DNA of 64,000 bases from Deltaproteobacteria bacterium ADurb.Bin151 (GTDB lineage Bacteria > Desulfobacterota > Syntrophia > Syntrophales > Smithellaceae): the NCBI GenBank assembly GCA_002070455.1, contig MWDG01000010.1, positions 4-64,003 on the forward strand. The letters run 5' to 3'. Of the stretch, positions 48,321 to 61,744 are shown one piece after another. Position numbers and translations under genes: made by a program. How positions within the stretch are numbered: the first letter of the stretch is position 1; each line of letters begins with the position of its first letter. The notes under the pieces are model-generated. The model was not told the origin of the DNA, did not search any database, and saw only the letters and a program-made list of their open reading frames with translations.

Positions 48321-48943
48321 TATGACAGCAATGCCCCCTCAATCTTTTTTATAGAGGGTTCAAGAAGGACCAGATGCTCATAATTCAGGACATCATAAAC
48401 ATTAATTCCTTCCGACCGAATCATTTTTACGTTTTTCAAATTCCGCGATGACTTCATTAAAATGACATCGTCATGATCAACAACAAAAAGCGCTTTTTTC
48501 AGACCGAAAAGATTCACGACTTTCTGAAAGGCCCGTGTGCTGATCGATTCCATCGGGAAATTCTGCAATATTGTCATTTTCTCTTCTTTGACTTTCATAC
48601 TCAACGCAGAGATAAGAGCCTTTTTTCTGACCTTTTTAGGGACACTGTATGAGTAATCGCGAGGTTGGGGTCCGAAAACAATACCGCCGCCTCTCCAGAT
48701 CGGAGACCGGGACGTTCCTGAGCGGGCGCGTCCTGTTCCCTTCTGGCGCCAGGGCTTTTTGCCGCCACCACTCACATCATTTCTCCCTTTGGTGGCTGAT
48801 GTACCGGAACGTCGCGATGCAAGCTGCATCTTGACCACATCATAGATTGCCGCTTCGCTGATTTCCGCCCCAAATATGGCGTCATTCAATTCGACTTTAG
48901 CGACCTTATTCTTTTCAATATCAAAAACATCTGCGACTGCCAT
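48320..48943 (-). CDS. rplD: 50S ribosomal protein L4
   Basis: Starts at MAVADVFD... with the ATG 8 nt after GGAG (an alternative ATG lies two codons upstream at 48949). Has the [16 protein letters not shown] motif. Confidence 0.95.
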   Translation of the reverse strand: MAVADVFDIEKNKVAKVELNDAIFGAEISEAAIYDVVKMQLASRRSGTSATKGRNDVSGGGKKPWRQKGTGRARSGTSRSPIWRGGGIVFGPQPRDYSYSVPKKVRKKALISALSMKVKEEKMTILQNFPMESISTRAFQKVVNLFGLKKALFVVDHDDVILMKSSRNLKNVKMIRSEGINVYDVLNYEHLVLLEPSIKKIEGALLS

Positions 48944-48961
48944 GTTCATAACTCCACTGAT

Positions 48962-49597
48962 TTACGCACTTTTTTTCCTGGCTTGCTTGATGATCACATA
49001 ACCGTTTTTCCCGCCCGGAATAGAACCTTTTAATAACAATAAATTTCTTTCAGGACGAACCTGCCAGATTTGAAGGTTTTGAACGGTTTTCCGGACATTT
49101 CCCATTTGACCGCCCATTTTCGTGCCTTTGAATACTCGGGATGGATCAGCACTGGCACCAATGGAGCCGGGAGCTCTGTGAAACATGGACCCGTGAGTCG
49201 CACGCCCGCCGCCGAATCCATGCCTTTTCATAACACCCTGAAAACCTTTACCTTTTGATGTTCCAACGACGTCGACAAAGTCTCCAGACTGAAATATTTC
49301 AGATGTAATCTCCTGCCCGGCCTCGTACTGGTTGTCCTTTACTGGAAATTCCTTCAGGACACGGAAGAAACCTTTATTGGCTTTGTTAAAATGGCCCTGT
49401 AACGGTTTGGTGACATTTTTCTGTTTCATCCGGCCGTATCCAACTTGAATGGCATCATAACCATCTTTATCTTTTGTCTTCACTTGAATGACAATCGACG
49501 GTTCAACCTCAATGGCTGTAACACCGACAGCAGAGCCGTCCTCGGCAAATACCTGCGTCATCCCTAATTTTTTTCCAATGATTCCCTTACTCATCAT
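48962..49597 (-). CDS. rplC: 50S ribosomal protein L3
   Basis: Starts at MMSKGIIGKKLGMTQ... The 20-codon upstream extension in the track ORF is unlikely to be real. Confidence 0.9.
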   Translation of the reverse strand: MMSKGIIGKKLGMTQVFAEDGSAVGVTAIEVEPSIVIQVKTKDKDGYDAIQVGYGRMKQKNVTKPLQGHFNKANKGFFRVLKEFPVKDNQYEAGQEITSEIFQSGDFVDVVGTSKGKGFQGVMKRHGFGGGRATHGSMFHRAPGSIGASADPSRVFKGTKMGGQMGNVRKTVQNLQIWQVRPERNLLLLKGSIPGGKNGYVIIKQARKKSA

Positions 49598-49687
49598 TAC
49601 ATCCAACTTTATATAAATTACGCCACGATATTCAACATTCCGGGAAATGGATGCCAATGCCCATTTTCCACTGTCACTACTTCGCGC

Positions 49688-49996
49688 CTACGCTTTTATT
49701 TCTACATCCACCCCCGCCGATAGATCCAGCTTCATCAGCGCATCCACCGTGGCTTGCGTCGGCTCAACAATATCAATCAATCTTTTGTGTGTGCGAATTT
49801 CGAACTGCTCTCTGGATTTTTTATCCACATGCGGCGAACGATTGACACAGTATTTATTGATTTCGGTTGGAAGAGGAATGGGACCGGCGACACGCGCACC
49901 GGTCCTTTTTGCAGTATCCACTATTTCTTCAACAGAACGATCCAGCAGTTTATAATCGTAAGCTTTGAGACGAATTCTTATTTTTTGTTCTTTCAT
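49688..49996 (-). CDS. rpsJ: 30S ribosomal protein S10
   Basis: 102 aa with IRIRLKAYD...LD and GPIPLPT. Confidence 0.95.
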   Translation of the reverse strand: MKEQKIRIRLKAYDYKLLDRSVEEIVDTAKRTGARVAGPIPLPTEINKYCVNRSPHVDKKSREQFEIRTHKRLIDIVEPTQATVDALMKLDLSAGVDVEIKA

Positions 49997-50017
49997 TGAT
50001 ATGATAACCTACAGTTT

Positions 50018-51211
50018 CTATTCAATAACTTTGCTTACGACACCGGCTCCGACGGTTCTGCCGCCTTCACGGATGGCGAATCTTAACTGTTCTTCCATGG
50101 CGATGGGCATAATAAGTTCAACGGTCATTTTGACGTTATCGCCGGGCATGACCATCTCCACACCTTCGGGCAGCGTAGCGACACCCGTCACGTCCGTTGT
50201 CCGGAAATAAAACTGCGGACGGTAACCGGAGAAGAACGGTGTATGACGGCCGCCTTCCTCCTTGGTCAGAACGTAAACAGCCGCTTCAAATTTTGTATGA
50301 GGAGTAATGGAACCGGGTTTTGCAACAACCTGGCCTCTTTCCACTTCTTCACGCTTGATACCGCGAATCAGCAAACCGACATCATCTCCCGCACGACCTT
50401 CGTCCAGGGTTCTGCGGAACATTTCAACACCCGTCACAACGGTTTTAATGGTGGGACGAATACCGATGATTTCAACTTCTTCACCAACCTTGATAATACC
50501 GCGGTCAACACGACCGGTCACAACGGTACCGCGGCCTGAAATCGTGAAAACATCACCGACCGGCATGAGGAAGGGTTTATCGGTATCGCGTTTCGGCTCG
50601 GGAACATAGTTATCCACGGCATCCATCAGCTCGGCAATGCATTTCACATCAGGAGAATTAGTGTCTTCTGCTTCCAGGGCTTTCAGTGCTGAACCGCGAA
50701 CAATCGGGATATCGTCGCCGGGAAATTCATATTGAGTAAGGAGCTCCCTTAATTCGAGCTCAACCAGATCCAGGAGTTCGGGATCATCGACCAAATCTAC
50801 TTTATTAAGGAAAACGACTACGTAGGGAACCTGCACCTGACGGGCAAGGAGGATGTGTTCACGAGTCTGCGGCATTGGACCGTCGGAAGCGGCCACAACC
50901 AGAATCGTTCCATCCATGTGAGCGGCACCGGAAATCATGTTTTTGATATAGTCGGCGTGGCCGGGGCAATCCACGTGGGCATAATGTCTCTTTTCTGTTT
51001 CGTATTCCACGTGAGAAATATTGATCGTAACACCGCGTTCCTTCTCTTCCGGAGCATTATCAATGGAATCAAAAGCACGGAATTCTGCAAAACCCTTTTT
51101 CGCAAGATATTTGGTGATTGCGGCGGTTAATGTGGTCTTTCCGTGATCCACGTGACCGATTGTTCCTATATTTAAATGCGGCTTTGTCCTTTCAAATTTT
51201 TTCTTTGCCAT
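50018..51211 (-). CDS. tuf: Translation elongation factor Tu
   Basis: 397 aa with [18 protein letters not shown] and NKVD. Full-length EF-Tu. Confidence 0.97.
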   Translation of the reverse strand: MAKKKFERTKPHLNIGTIGHVDHGKTTLTAAITKYLAKKGFAEFRAFDSIDNAPEEKERGVTINISHVEYETEKRHYAHVDCPGHADYIKNMISGAAHMDGTILVVAASDGPMPQTREHILLARQVQVPYVVVFLNKVDLVDDPELLDLVELELRELLTQYEFPGDDIPIVRGSALKALEAEDTNSPDVKCIAELMDAVDNYVPEPKRDTDKPFLMPVGDVFTISGRGTVVTGRVDRGIIKVGEEVEIIGIRPTIKTVVTGVEMFRRTLDEGRAGDDVGLLIRGIKREEVERGQVVAKPGSITPHTKFEAAVYVLTKEEGGRHTPFFSGYRPQFYFRTTDVTGVATLPEGVEMVMPGDNVKMTVELIMPIAMEEQLRFAIREGGRTVGAGVVSKVIE

Positions 51212-51269
51212 CTCACCTTTCCTCCTTAACTTTGAATGGTTGGTTTCCTTGTCGTTTCATATACAATGT

Positions 51270-51740
51270 TTAAAATTTATAATGCGCAAATGCTTTATTC
51301 GCTTCCGCCATTTTATGCACAGCTTCTTTTTTCTTAATTGCACCACCGCGATTATTTGCCGCGTCAATCAATTCGGCGGCCAGTTTTTCGCGCATGGTTT
51401 TTTCCGTGCGCTCCTGAGCATTGGAAATTAACCAGCGAATCGCCAGGGCGGTGCGCCTTGCGGGAAAAACTTCCGTCGGCACCTGATAGGTAGAACCGCC
51501 AACCCGCCTTGATTTCACTTCGATGACCGGTTTCACGTTATTGACGGCCTTTTCGAAGAACTCAACCGGTTGTTCTTTGACTCTCTTTTCAATAATATCA
51601 AAAGCGCCGTACAAAATACTTTCCGCAACACTCTTTTTCCCTCTTTTGAGCAAAGAGTTGACAAATCTGGCAACCAGTTTGTTGTTATATTTGGGATCCG
51701 GAAGAATTTCCCTTTTTTCTATTTCACGTCTTCGTGGCAT
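51270..51740 (-). CDS. rpsG: 30S ribosomal protein S7
   Basis: 156 aa with MPRRREI..R...PDPKY and a C-terminal AHYKF. Confidence 0.95.
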   Translation of the reverse strand: MPRRREIEKREILPDPKYNNKLVARFVNSLLKRGKKSVAESILYGAFDIIEKRVKEQPVEFFEKAVNNVKPVIEVKSRRVGGSTYQVPTEVFPARRTALAIRWLISNAQERTEKTMREKLAAELIDAANNRGGAIKKKEAVHKMAEANKAFAHYKF

Positions 51741-51755
51741 TTTCCTGTCCTTCGT

Positions 51756-52127
51756 TTAGCTTGGCTTCTTAGAGCCGTATTTTGAGCGGCCCTGCTTACG
51801 GTCGGCAACTCCGACAGCATCCAAAGCGCCCCTGACAATGTGATATCTGACACCAGGTAGATCTTTCACTCTGCCTCCGCGCACCAGCACAACCGAATGT
51901 TCCTGGAGATTGTGACCGATGCCCGGAATATAGGAGGAAACTTCATATCCACTGGTCAGTCTGACCCTGGCCACTTTACGCAGAGCCGAATTCGGTTTTT
52001 TTGGTGTCGTTGTATAAACTCTTACACAAACACCGCGCCTCTGCGGAGAACCGGCTAACGCCGGAGCATTTGTTTTTCCTTTGATTTTGGTTCTTCCTTT
52101 GCGAACCAGTTGACTAATTGTCGGCAT
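51756..52127 (-). CDS. rpsL: 30S ribosomal protein S12
   Basis: Starts at [12 protein letters not shown] with the ATG just after GGAGGAG. Has the [10 protein letters not shown] motif. The track ORF has a 9-codon upstream extension. Confidence 0.95.
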   Translation of the reverse strand: MPTISQLVRKGRTKIKGKTNAPALAGSPQRRGVCVRVYTTTPKKPNSALRKVARVRLTSGYEVSSYIPGIGHNLQEHSVVLVRGGRVKDLPGVRYHIVRGALDAVGVADRKQGRSKYGSKKPS

Positions 52128-52230
52128 TTCTCCTCCCGGACATTTCTCTTTCATTTTGAAAGCAGCAGTAAATCTGCGGTAACTATCAATTCAAGCTACT
52201 TCTGTCAAGCAATTTCTTCCTTTTTTCCAT

Positions 52231-55200
52231 TTATTCTGCAACCACTTCAGCATCCTGATCTTCTACTTGAATTCCCAGTTTACGATACATGACCAGGCCG
52301 GTTCCTGCCGGAATCAAACGACCCATTATTACGTTTTCTTTGAGGCCCCGCAGGTAATCTGTTTTACCGGAAAGTGATGCCTCCGTAAGAACCCTCGTGG
52401 TTTCCTGGAAAGAAGCAGCCGATATAAAACTCTGAGTGGATAACGATGCTTTGGTAATTCCCAGAAGCAACGGATCACCAATAGCCGGACGTCCGCCCTG
52501 GGCTATCACCTTTTCGTTTTCTTCCTGAAACCGGTAGCGCTCAACCTGTTCATCGGCAATAAACGTGGTGTCACCCGGGTCCGTTATACGGACACGACGA
52601 AGCATCTGGCGGACGATAACTTCCATGTGCTTATCATTAATTTTAACACCCTGCAAACGATAAACTTCCTGAACTTCATCAACCAGATACCTGGCCAGTT
52701 CTTTTTCACCCTTAATGGCCAGAAGATCATGGGGGTTGTTCACTCCATCCATCAGGGGATCACCGGGAATCACCCGGTCACCGTCCTGAACACTGATATG
52801 TTTTCCTTTGGGAATCAGATATTCTTTTTCTTCACCAATTTCAGGGGTTACAACAACTTTACGTTTTCCTTTGGCATCCTTGCCAAAAGTTACAGTACCG
52901 TCAATTTCGCTGATCACTGCAAAATCTTTAGGTTTGCGTGCCTCAAACAGCTCGGCTACTCGTGGCAAACCACCTGTAATATCCTTTGTTTTGGTTGTTT
53001 CACGGGGAATTTTGGCCAGGATATCACCGGCATGGACTTCGTCTCCTTCGGACACAACGATGTTGACACCCACGGACAGAAGATAGCGTGCCACTGCGTT
53101 TGTCCCCGGAATTTTAGCGGTTTTACTCTTGTTATCTTTTATGGAAACACGAGGCCTCAAGTCACCGCTCTTGAACTCTGTAATCACTTTACGCGACAGT
53201 CCGGTAGCTTCGTCAACTTCTTCCCTCATTGTCTTGCCTTCAATAATATCACCATATTTTATGGTTCCATCCACTTCGGCAAGGATGGGGATGGAGAATG
53301 GATCCCACTCTGCAATTAACTGTCCACGCTTTACAGAGCTCTTATCGCTGACTTTCAGATGTGCACCGTAAGGCACGGTATATTTACCGCGGCTTCGGTT
53401 TTGTTCATCCAGAACATGCACTTCACCGTGACGGTTCATCACCACATAGTCATTTTCCCTGGTTTTCGCCGTATTTAAATTCACAAACTGGACCATACCG
53501 TCATGGCGTGCCTCAAGCGTGGAATGCTCATCAAACTTTGCAGTACCACCAATATGAAACGTCCTCATGGTCAGCTGCGTACCCGGTTCACCAATGGACT
53601 GAGCCGCCACAATACCGACCGCTTCTCCGATGTTGACGATGTGGCCGTGCGCCAGATCGCGGCCATAACACATGGCGCAAACACCATGCTTGGCACGACA
53701 GGTCAATACCGAACGGATATTGACACGTTCAATACCGGCGCGGTCGATCTTTTCAGCCAGCGCTTCATCAATCGCTTCATTTGCCTTGACGATCACTTCA
53801 TCGGTGAACGGATCCTTGATTTCCTGCAAAGCGACACGACCCAGAACGCGCTCTCCAGCGGTTTCAATAATTTCACCGCCTTCCATCAGCGCGGACACAT
53901 ACAGTCCGTCCACGGTTTCACAATCCTGCTCGGTAATAATACAATCCTGAGCCACATCCACCAGTCGCCTGGTCAGATAACCGGAATTCGCCGTTTTGAG
54001 TGCCGTATCGGCCAGACCCTTGCGGGCACCGTGTGTTGAAATGAAATACTGAAGGACGGTCAGACCTTCGCGGAAATTTGCTGTAATCGGCGTTTCGATA
54101 ATTTCACCGGAAGGCTTGGCCATCAGACCGCGCATACCGGCCAGCTGGCGGAGCTGCTGCCCCGAACCGCGGGCCCCGGAATCGGCCATCATGTAAATTG
54201 GATTGAAGCTTTCGACCTTGCGTTTCTTGCCGTCAGCACTTACGGATTCTTCCATACTGATGCCGGTCAACATTTCTGACGCAATTTTTTCAGTGGCCTG
54301 CGCCCAGATGTCGATGACCTTGTTATATCGCTCACCGTCGGTAATGAGACCGTCCATGTACTGCTTTTGAATCTTCAAGACATCCTTGTCGGCCTGTGCA
54401 ACAATGTTTTTCTTGTTGTCAGGAATGATCATGTTGCCGACGGCAAATGATAAGCCGGAAATCGTAGCATATTTGAAGCCCAGGTCTTTGAGCCGGTCAG
54501 CCAGAAGAACTGTCGTTTTATCACCGCAAAGCCGGTAGCAATGATCGATCAGGTTGGCAAGCTCTTTTTTATTCATCAATTTATTGATGGCATCAAAACT
54601 GATTTCTTCAGGGATAATTTCAGAAAGAATAACGCGTCCCGCCGTCGTTTCTTTCAATTCTCCGTTGATGCGGACCTTGATTTTGGCATGCAGGGCAATC
54701 GCTTTCGCGTCTATGGCTGAGCGCACTTCTTCAGGACCGGAAAAAATCATACCCTCGCCCTTTACATTTTTTCTGGCACGGGTCAGATAATAAATACCCA
54801 AAACGATATCCTGGCTGGGGATGATGATCGGTTTGCCATTGGCCGGTGACAGAATGTTATTCGTGGACATCATCAGCACACGCGCTTCCGTTTGCGCTTC
54901 GATGGACAGAGGCACATGAACGGCCATCTGGTCGCCGTCAAAGTCCGCGTTAAAGGCCGTACAAACCAGAGGATGCAGCCGGATAGCCTTCCCCTCAATC
55001 AGCACGGGTTCAAAGGCCTGCATGCCCAGCCGATGCAGCGTCGGTGCACGATTCAGCATAACGGGATACTCCCGTACTACCTCATCGACGGCATCCCACA
55101 CTTCAGAGGTTTCCCGTTCCACCATCTTTTTGGCGCTTTTCACCGTGGTGACATAGCCTTTTTCCAGCAGACGATTGTATACAAAGGGTTTAAAAAGCTC

Positions 55201-56325
55201 GAGGGCCATCTTCTTGGGCAAACCGCACTGATGCAGTCGCAAATCCGGACCGACGGTAATTACCGAACGACCGGAATAATCCACGCGTTTTCCAAGCAGG
55301 TTCTGGCGGAAACGGCCCTGTTTGCCTTTCAGCATATCTGATAAGGACCGAAGCGGTCTCTTGTTGGTTCCGGTAATGGCCCTTCCACGGCGGCCGTTGT
55401 CAAAAAGGACATCCACAGCTTCCTGGAGCATCCGCTTTTCATTGCGGATGATGATTTCCGGCGCATTGAGTTCCTGCAGGCGTTTTAAACGATTGTTCCG
55501 GTTAATCACGCGACGATAAAGGTCGTTCAGATCGGACGTGGCGAACCGCCCGCCATCCAGGGGAACCAGCGGCCTCAAATCGGGCGGGATAACGGGCAGA
55601 ACGGTCAGCACCATCCATTCCGGTTTATTACCGGACTTGCGTAAAGCTTCGACCACCTTGAGCCGCTTGACGATCTTTTTCTTCTTTGTATCTGAAATCG
55701 ATGTAATCACTTCCGCACGAAGTTCTTCATACAGTTTTTCCAGATCAATTTCCTCAAGCAGTTCGCGGACGGCCTCTGCTCCGATGCCGGCGACAAACCC
55801 TTTCTCCCCATACTGCTCTTTTGCTTCGATGTATTCTTCATCCGTCAGGAGCTCTTTCTTTTTCAGAGGGGTGTCTTTCGGATCCAGAACAATCCAGGAC
55901 TCAAAGTAGAGAACTTTTTCCAGTTCTTTGAGCGTTAAGTCCATCACATTGCCGATACGGCTTGGCAGGCTTTTTAAAAACCAGATGTGTGCCACCGGGG
56001 TCGCCAGCGTGATGTGTCCCATCCGCTCCCGGCGCACTTTGGACTGTATGACTTCGACGCCACACTTTTCGCATACTACACCACGATGCTTCATCCGCTT
56101 ATAACGGCCACAAAGGCATTCGTAATCCTTTACCGGCCCGAATATTTTCGCGCAAAACAAACCGTCTCGCTCCGGTTTGAATGTCCGGTAATTGATCGTC
56201 TCCGGCTTTTTGACTTCGCCATTGGACCAGGAAAGAATTTTTTCCGGTGATGCGATCGAGATCTTCATTGCGTTGAATCTGATCGGATTTTTGGGTTTTT
56301 CAAAATAGCTGAAAAAGTCTTCCAC
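52231..56325 (-). CDS. rpoC: DNA-directed RNA polymerase subunit beta'
   Basis: 1364 aa with a Zn-finger [21 protein letters not shown] and the catalytic NADFDGDQM. Confidence 0.97.
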   Translation of the reverse strand: MEDFFSYFEKPKNPIRFNAMKISIASPEKILSWSNGEVKKPETINYRTFKPERDGLFCAKIFGPVKDYECLCGRYKRMKHRGVVCEKCGVEVIQSKVRRERMGHITLATPVAHIWFLKSLPSRIGNVMDLTLKELEKVLYFESWIVLDPKDTPLKKKELLTDEEYIEAKEQYGEKGFVAGIGAEAVRELLEEIDLEKLYEELRAEVITSISDTKKKKIVKRLKVVEALRKSGNKPEWMVLTVLPVIPPDLRPLVPLDGGRFATSDLNDLYRRVINRNNRLKRLQELNAPEIIIRNEKRMLQEAVDVLFDNGRRGRAITGTNKRPLRSLSDMLKGKQGRFRQNLLGKRVDYSGRSVITVGPDLRLHQCGLPKKMALELFKPFVYNRLLEKGYVTTVKSAKKMVERETSEVWDAVDEVVREYPVMLNRAPTLHRLGMQAFEPVLIEGKAIRLHPLVCTAFNADFDGDQMAVHVPLSIEAQTEARVLMMSTNNILSPANGKPIIIPSQDIVLGIYYLTRARKNVKGEGMIFSGPEEVRSAIDAKAIALHAKIKVRINGELKETTAGRVILSEIIPEEISFDAINKLMNKKELANLIDHCYRLCGDKTTVLLADRLKDLGFKYATISGLSFAVGNMIIPDNKKNIVAQADKDVLKIQKQYMDGLITDGERYNKVIDIWAQATEKIASEMLTGISMEESVSADGKKRKVESFNPIYMMADSGARGSGQQLRQLAGMRGLMAKPSGEIIETPITANFREGLTVLQYFISTHGARKGLADTALKTANSGYLTRRLVDVAQDCIITEQDCETVDGLYVSALMEGGEIIETAGERVLGRVALQEIKDPFTDEVIVKANEAIDEALAEKIDRAGIERVNIRSVLTCRAKHGVCAMCYGRDLAHGHIVNIGEAVGIVAAQSIGEPGTQLTMRTFHIGGTAKFDEHSTLEARHDGMVQFVNLNTAKTRENDYVVMNRHGEVHVLDEQNRSRGKYTVPYGAHLKVSDKSSVKRGQLIAEWDPFSIPILAEVDGTIKYGDIIEGKTMREEVDEATGLSRKVITEFKSGDLRPRVSIKDNKSKTAKIPGTNAVARYLLSVGVNIVVSEGDEVHAGDILAKIPRETTKTKDITGGLPRVAELFEARKPKDFAVISEIDGTVTFGKDAKGKRKVVVTPEIGEEKEYLIPKGKHISVQDGDRVIPGDPLMDGVNNPHDLLAIKGEKELARYLVDEVQEVYRLQGVKINDKHMEVIVRQMLRRVRITDPGDTTFIADEQVERYRFQEENEKVIAQGGRPAIGDPLLLGITKASLSTQSFISAASFQETTRVLTEASLSGKTDYLRGLKENVIMGRLIPAGTGLVMYRKLGIQVEDQDAEVVAE

Positions 56326-56371
56326 AGATTATTCTCCTGTACTCTTAAAAACGTAAGTGAAATTGAATATT

Positions 56372-59300
56372 TTATTCTTCTTCAATCAATTCCACGTCTA
56401 ATCCGAGACTCTGGAGTTCCTTCACCAGTACGTTGAAGGATTCCGGGAGACCCGGCTCGAATGTATGTTCACCCTTGACGATGGATTCATAAATCCTCGT
56501 CCGGCCGGCAACATCGTCTGACTTGACCGTTAAAAATTCCTGCAGGGTATAGGAAGCACCATAAGCTTCCATGGCCCACACTTCCATTTCTCCCAGCCTC
56601 TGACCTCCGAACTGCGCCTTGCCCCCCAAAGGCTGCTGCGTCACCAGTGAATAGGGACCGATGGAGCGGGCGTGAATTTTATTATCAACCAGATGGTGAA
56701 GCTTCAGCATATAAATGATGCCGACGGTCACTTCCTGATCAAACGGCTCACCGGTTCGTCCATCAAACAAGACCGCCTGGCCGGTCTCCGGGAGTCCTGC
56801 CATGTCTAAGAGCTTCCGAATCTGCGGCTCGGGGCAGCCGTCAAACACAGGACTCGCCACCAGCATGCCTTTTTTCAGCCTGCCGATAAAACGTCTGATG
56901 TCTTCCTGAGATGCTTTTTCCAGAAATTCATCAAAGTCGGGAGACGAATACGTCTTTTTTAACTCATTTTTTATCTGATTCAGGTTGCTGTTTTTCTCTA
57001 GTAATTCATTCAACCCTTCGCCGATGGACTTGGCCGCCCAGCCCAAATGGGTCTCAAGAATCTGGCCAACGTTCATACGGGAAGGAACGCCCAGGGGATT
57101 GAGGATAATATCAACCGTGGAACCGTCAGCGAAATATGGCATGTCTTCTTCCGGAAGGATTCTGGACAAAACACCTTTGTTCCCGTGACGGCCTGCCATT
57201 TTATCACCAACGGACAGTTTCCTTTTGATGGCAATATAAACTTTCACCATCTTGATGACACCTGGAGGCAGTTCATCACTGGCCTTGATCTTTTCGAGCT
57301 TTTCTTCAAAATGTGCTTTTATAAAATCGACTTTTCTTTCCATCACAGAAAGTAGATTAGCCAATTTTTCTTCCCCGCCGTCATTTTCAGCAAGGGAAAT
57401 ATCCTTCCAGTAAGTAAAAGGGATTTCCTGCCATATTTCTTTGGTTATTTTTTCACCTTTTTTCAAAAGCGTCTTCTTTTTCGCATCGACAATCTTGCCG
57501 GCAGCCGTCCTGCCAATCACGAGTTTGGCAATATCTTTTTTGATGGATTCGGCAAGAATCCGGATTTCATCATCGCGATCCTTTGTCAATCTTTCAATGG
57601 CGTCTTCTTCAATCTCCTGCGAACGCAAATCCTTGTCTGCCCCTTTGCGCGTGAAAATCTTGGCGTCAATGACGGTTCCTTCCACGCCCGGAGGAACACG
57701 CAAAGACGTGTCCCGAACATCGCTTGCTTTTTCGCCGAAAATCGCGCGCAGCAATTTTTCTTCGGCCGACAGCTGCGTTTCTCCTTTGGGGGTAATCTTA
57801 CCGACCAGGATGTCTCCGGGCTTTACGGAAACACCGATGCGGATGATCCCGCTTTCATCAAGGTTTCTGAGCGCCTCTTCGCCGACATTGGGAATATCGC
57901 GCGTAATTTCTTCCTTGCCCAGTTTGGTGTCACGGGCCATGGTTTCAAACTCTTCAATGTGGATCGATGTGTAAATATCCTCTTTGACGATTCTTTCGCT
58001 GACCAGAATGGAATCTTCGTAGTTGTACCCTCCCCAGGACATGAAGGCAACCATCACGTTGCGCCCGAGCGCCAGTTCACCATTGTCTGTTGCGGGACCG
58101 TCGGCAAGGATATCCCTTTTTTGCACATGATCACCGACCGCAATAATGGGCTTCTGGTTGAAACAGGTATCCTGATTGGAACGCTGATATTTGGATAGGG
58201 TATAAATATCCACTCCCGTATCCAGGCCGTCTTCTTCCGGTTTATCGGCGCGTATCACAATACGCGAAGCATCTACACTTTCGACAACGCCAGACCGTTT
58301 GGCCACAACCACAGCACCCGAGTCGCGGGCAACCACGGCTTCCATTCCTGTGCCGACCACCGGCACTTCCGGACACATCAGAGGCACAGCCTGACGCTGC
58401 ATGTTGGACCCCATGAGCGCGCGGTTCGCGTCATCGTGTTCCAGAAACGGAATCAGCGCAGCCGCTACGGAAACCATCTGGTTGGGTGAAACATCCATCA
58501 TCTTGATATCTGTCGGCACGGCTGAAACAAAGTCGCTTCCTTTTCTGACAGATATCAGTTCCTCTTCAAATCTACCTTTTTTATCGAGCGGCCGGTCGGC
58601 AGGTGCGATAAGGAGATTTTCCTCCTCAATGGCCGTCATAAATTTTACATCATCCGATACTTTTCCGTTTTCGATCAGCCGATAAGGCGTTTCGATGAAA
58701 CCGAATTCATTGACCCGCGCATATGTACTGAGAGAAACGATTAATCCGATATTCGGTCCTTCCGGTGTTTCAACCGGGCAAATACGGCCATAATGAGTGG
58801 AATGAACGTCACGAACTTCAAATCCGGCGCGTTCCCGCGTCAGACCGCCTGGTCCCAGAGCAGACAAACGACGTTTATGGGTAATTTCGGAAAGCGGATT
58901 GGTTTGATCCATAAACTGGGAAAGTTGACTGGAGCCGAAAAATTCGTTCACCACCGCAGACACCGGTTTGGCATTGATGAGATCGTGCGGCATCATGGTT
59001 TCGATATCCTGCAGGCTCATTTTTTCTTTAATGGCCCTTTCCATGCGAACCAGACCGATACGATACTGATTTTCAATGAGCTCGCCAACGGAACGAACAC
59101 GGCGGTTTCCCAGATGGTCAATATCATCTACGCTGCATTCACCCACGCCGTTCTTCAAATCGATCAGATATTTGACGGATGCCAGAATATCTTCGTTTCT
59201 GAGGACGGTCAAATCCGTTGGCACATTCAGGTGCAGCTTATAGTTCATCTTCGCCCGGCCGACATCCGACAAATCGTAAGTTTCCGGTTCAAAAAAGAGA

Positions 59301-60487
59301 CTGCTGAAAAACTTCGCGGCGGTTTCCGGAGTAGGAGGATTGCTGGGACGAAGCCTTCTGTAGATCTCCATGATCGCGTCTTCCGCGGATTCAATATGAT
59401 CCATGAGCAGCGTATCGCGAATGGAAGCATTGTCCAGATCTTCATCAATGTGGATGAATTTCAGCTCTTTGACTCCCTTTTCCTGGGCAATTTCAAGTCC
59501 GTTTAGCGGCAGCTCTTCGTTACACCTGAAAAGAATCTCTCCGGTGGCCGGATCATGAACATCCGAGGAAAGAATCTTCCCTGTCAAATCGGCTTCTTTA
59601 ACGGCCACGCGTTTAACACCCGCGTCCATGACTTTCTTGAGCAGGGGCCTGGTAAGTTTACGGCCTTTTCGAACAATGACCTCTTCGCTTTTCGGATCTT
59701 TGATGTCTTCCGGCGCTTTCTGACCGGACAGCGATTCATCAACCCCAAAATAAATTTTTTCGCCTTCAAGTGTGATCTTCTCAATACTGTAAAAATAATT
59801 CAGGATAAATTCCGTAGAATTGCCCATGGCTTTCAGCAGAATTGTGACCGGCATTTTCCGGCGGCGGTCGATCCTCACGTAGAGCAGATCCTTGGAATCA
59901 AACTCCAGGTCCAGCCAGGACCCCCGAATGGGGATCACGCGCGCCGAATAAATCAGTTTGCCGGAAGCGACGGTTTTCCCTTTGTCATGATCAAAAAAGA
60001 TTCCCGGCGACCGGTGCAGCTGACTGACGATTACGCGTTCTGAACCATTGACGATAAACGTACCGTTTTCCGTCATGAGCGGTATCTCACCAAAATAGAT
60101 TTCCTGCTCTTTGATATCGCGGATCGGCTTGGTCTCAGCTTCTTCACGATGATTCCTGCCGTCAGCAAGCCGGTCGGTGTCAAACACCACCAGCCTGACC
60201 ACGATCTTCAAGGGAGCGGCATAGGTCATGCCTTTCTGAATGCACTCCCTCATATCATACCGGACATCCCCGATTTTATAGCTTACAAATTCCAGAGAAC
60301 ACTTTCCGCTGAAATCCGAAATCGGGAAAACGCTCTTGAAAGCACCCTGCAGGCCGATGTTCCGCCTTTTTGCCAGCGGCACGTCGGCCTGCAGGAATTT
60401 TTCGTAAGATTTCGTCTGAATCTCAATCAGATTGGGTATGTCCTGTATTTGCTTTACACGGCCAAAATTTCTTCTAAAGTCGCCCAT
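56372..60487 (-). CDS. rpoB: DNA-directed RNA polymerase subunit beta
   Basis: 1371 aa with conserved beta-subunit blocks ([26 protein letters not shown]). Confidence 0.97.
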   Translation of the reverse strand: MGDFRRNFGRVKQIQDIPNLIEIQTKSYEKFLQADVPLAKRRNIGLQGAFKSVFPISDFSGKCSLEFVSYKIGDVRYDMRECIQKGMTYAAPLKIVVRLVVFDTDRLADGRNHREEAETKPIRDIKEQEIYFGEIPLMTENGTFIVNGSERVIVSQLHRSPGIFFDHDKGKTVASGKLIYSARVIPIRGSWLDLEFDSKDLLYVRIDRRRKMPVTILLKAMGNSTEFILNYFYSIEKITLEGEKIYFGVDESLSGQKAPEDIKDPKSEEVIVRKGRKLTRPLLKKVMDAGVKRVAVKEADLTGKILSSDVHDPATGEILFRCNEELPLNGLEIAQEKGVKELKFIHIDEDLDNASIRDTLLMDHIESAEDAIMEIYRRLRPSNPPTPETAAKFFSSLFFEPETYDLSDVGRAKMNYKLHLNVPTDLTVLRNEDILASVKYLIDLKNGVGECSVDDIDHLGNRRVRSVGELIENQYRIGLVRMERAIKEKMSLQDIETMMPHDLINAKPVSAVVNEFFGSSQLSQFMDQTNPLSEITHKRRLSALGPGGLTRERAGFEVRDVHSTHYGRICPVETPEGPNIGLIVSLSTYARVNEFGFIETPYRLIENGKVSDDVKFMTAIEEENLLIAPADRPLDKKGRFEEELISVRKGSDFVSAVPTDIKMMDVSPNQMVSVAAALIPFLEHDDANRALMGSNMQRQAVPLMCPEVPVVGTGMEAVVARDSGAVVVAKRSGVVESVDASRIVIRADKPEEDGLDTGVDIYTLSKYQRSNQDTCFNQKPIIAVGDHVQKRDILADGPATDNGELALGRNVMVAFMSWGGYNYEDSILVSERIVKEDIYTSIHIEEFETMARDTKLGKEEITRDIPNVGEEALRNLDESGIIRIGVSVKPGDILVGKITPKGETQLSAEEKLLRAIFGEKASDVRDTSLRVPPGVEGTVIDAKIFTRKGADKDLRSQEIEEDAIERLTKDRDDEIRILAESIKKDIAKLVIGRTAAGKIVDAKKKTLLKKGEKITKEIWQEIPFTYWKDISLAENDGGEEKLANLLSVMERKVDFIKAHFEEKLEKIKASDELPPGVIKMVKVYIAIKRKLSVGDKMAGRHGNKGVLSRILPEEDMPYFADGSTVDIILNPLGVPSRMNVGQILETHLGWAAKSIGEGLNELLEKNSNLNQIKNELKKTYSSPDFDEFLEKASQEDIRRFIGRLKKGMLVASPVFDGCPEPQIRKLLDMAGLPETGQAVLFDGRTGEPFDQEVTVGIIYMLKLHHLVDNKIHARSIGPYSLVTQQPLGGKAQFGGQRLGEMEVWAMEAYGASYTLQEFLTVKSDDVAGRTRIYESIVKGEHTFEPGLPESFNVLVKELQSLGLDVELIEEE

Positions 60488-60528
60488 AGTATCCTTACAT
60501 TAAATTTAATATAAAATTGGCAGGGAGA

Positions 60529-60918
60529 TTACTTAATCTCGACGGTTCCGCCCACTTCTTCAATCTTCTTTTTGATGTCAGCCGCTTCATCTTTGGAAAC
60601 GCCTTCTTTAATCGCCTTGGGCACACCTTCCACCAGATCTTTAGCTTCTTTCAGGCCTAAACCTGTTATTGCGCGGACCACTTTAATGACCTGAATTTTT
60701 TCAGCGCCAAATCCGGTCAGAATGGCGTTGAATTCTGTCTGCTCTTCAGCAGCAGCGGCAGCAGGCGCAGCACCGGGAGCCGCCACAGCGGCCATCATTG
60801 GAGCGGCGGCGGAAACACCAAACTTTTCTTCCAGTTCTTTCACCAGAGCGGAGAGCTCCAGCACGCTCATGTTTTCAATAAATTTGATGACATCTTCTTT
60901 CGTTATTTGATCAGCCAT
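60529..60918 (-). CDS. rplL: 50S ribosomal protein L7/L12
   Basis: 129 aa with an Ala-rich hinge and a C-terminal [12 protein letters not shown]...EEVGG.VE.K. Confidence 0.95.
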   Translation of the reverse strand: MADQITKEDVIKFIENMSVLELSALVKELEEKFGVSAAAPMMAAVAAPGAAPAAAAAEEQTEFNAILTGFGAEKIQVIKVVRAITGLGLKEAKDLVEGVPKAIKEGVSKDEAADIKKKIEEVGGTVEIK

Positions 60919-60947
60919 TTTTCTATCCCTCTTTTATGATGTATTGA

Positions 60948-61472
60948 TTAGTTTAAAGTTTTTTTCTTCTCGCAATAGGCGTTGAGCACCTGCACCAGAC
61001 TTCTGGGAACACCACTGAGAACGGTTACAAACGACGTCGGCACTGCAGCCATGACGGAAACCAGTTTGCCCAAAAGAATTTCTTTGCTTGGCAATTCAGC
61101 CAGGGCGGTAATATCGGGTTTCGTCAGCATTTTGCCGTCTAAAACACCAACTTTGATTTCCAGTTCCGGATTTTTTTTGGCAAATTCGATCAGCGCCTTC
61201 GATGGTGCCACAGGATCTTTGTAGCTTAAGACCACTGCGACGGGCCATTTGAAATGATCCGATAAAACTGCAAAGTCTGTGTCTTTTGAAGCAATGCCCA
61301 ACAGAGTGTTTTTTACAACTTTTAATTCCGCATCGTTTTTACGCAAAGCGTTTCTCAACGATTCCATTTTTTCAACGTTCATCGCGTTGAAAGTGGTCAG
61401 CACACCCAACTTGGCCTGCTTGAGTTTCTCCTGTAGTTCGGAGACAACCTGTTCCTTCGTTTTCCGATCCAA
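60948..61472 (-). CDS. rplJ: 50S ribosomal protein L10
   Basis: 174 aa. TTG start 8 nt after AAGGAGG. Lies upstream of rplL. Confidence 0.9.
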   Translation of the reverse strand: MDRKTKEQVVSELQEKLKQAKLGVLTTFNAMNVEKMESLRNALRKNDAELKVVKNTLLGIASKDTDFAVLSDHFKWPVAVVLSYKDPVAPSKALIEFAKKNPELEIKVGVLDGKMLTKPDITALAELPSKEILLGKLVSVMAAVPTSFVTVLSGVPRSLVQVLNAYCEKKKTLN

Positions 61473-61744
61473 TAGTTCAGCCTCCTTTCAAAATTATTTT
61501 TTTACTTGAGGCCGGAGAATTTAGCCGCATGCAGAGTAAAAACGGTTGATCCACGAAAATGCCGATCCCCGTTTTTCAAGAAAAATGATTACCCCGAAAT
61601 TTCTGTAATTATTTTAACTTAACGAGTCTCGGCAGGCCATTTTCCGTTTAAACTTCCGTACCTGCTGTCTTCGACCTTTACTACTATCATTCATTCGCGT
61701 CTGGTCCGTTTGAGCCACCTTTCGCGAATGTGAATCTCTTTAAT
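61473..61744 (-). promoter_or_regulatory. Long untranslated rplA-rplJ spacer, the expected position of the L10 autoregulatory leader
   Basis: 272 nt with no ORF between the rplA stop and the rplJ start. In many bacteria this slot carries the L10(L12)4-binding leader. I did not verify the structure. Confidence 0.35.

Noticed and set aside
52627-53319. Long + strand ORFs inside rpoC and rpoB (for example 52627-53319, 53503-54039, 57441-57974, 58793-59506)
   Set aside because: They are antisense to highly conserved rpoB/rpoC coding sequence. They have no recognisable domains or SD, and their composition is typical of shadow ORFs.
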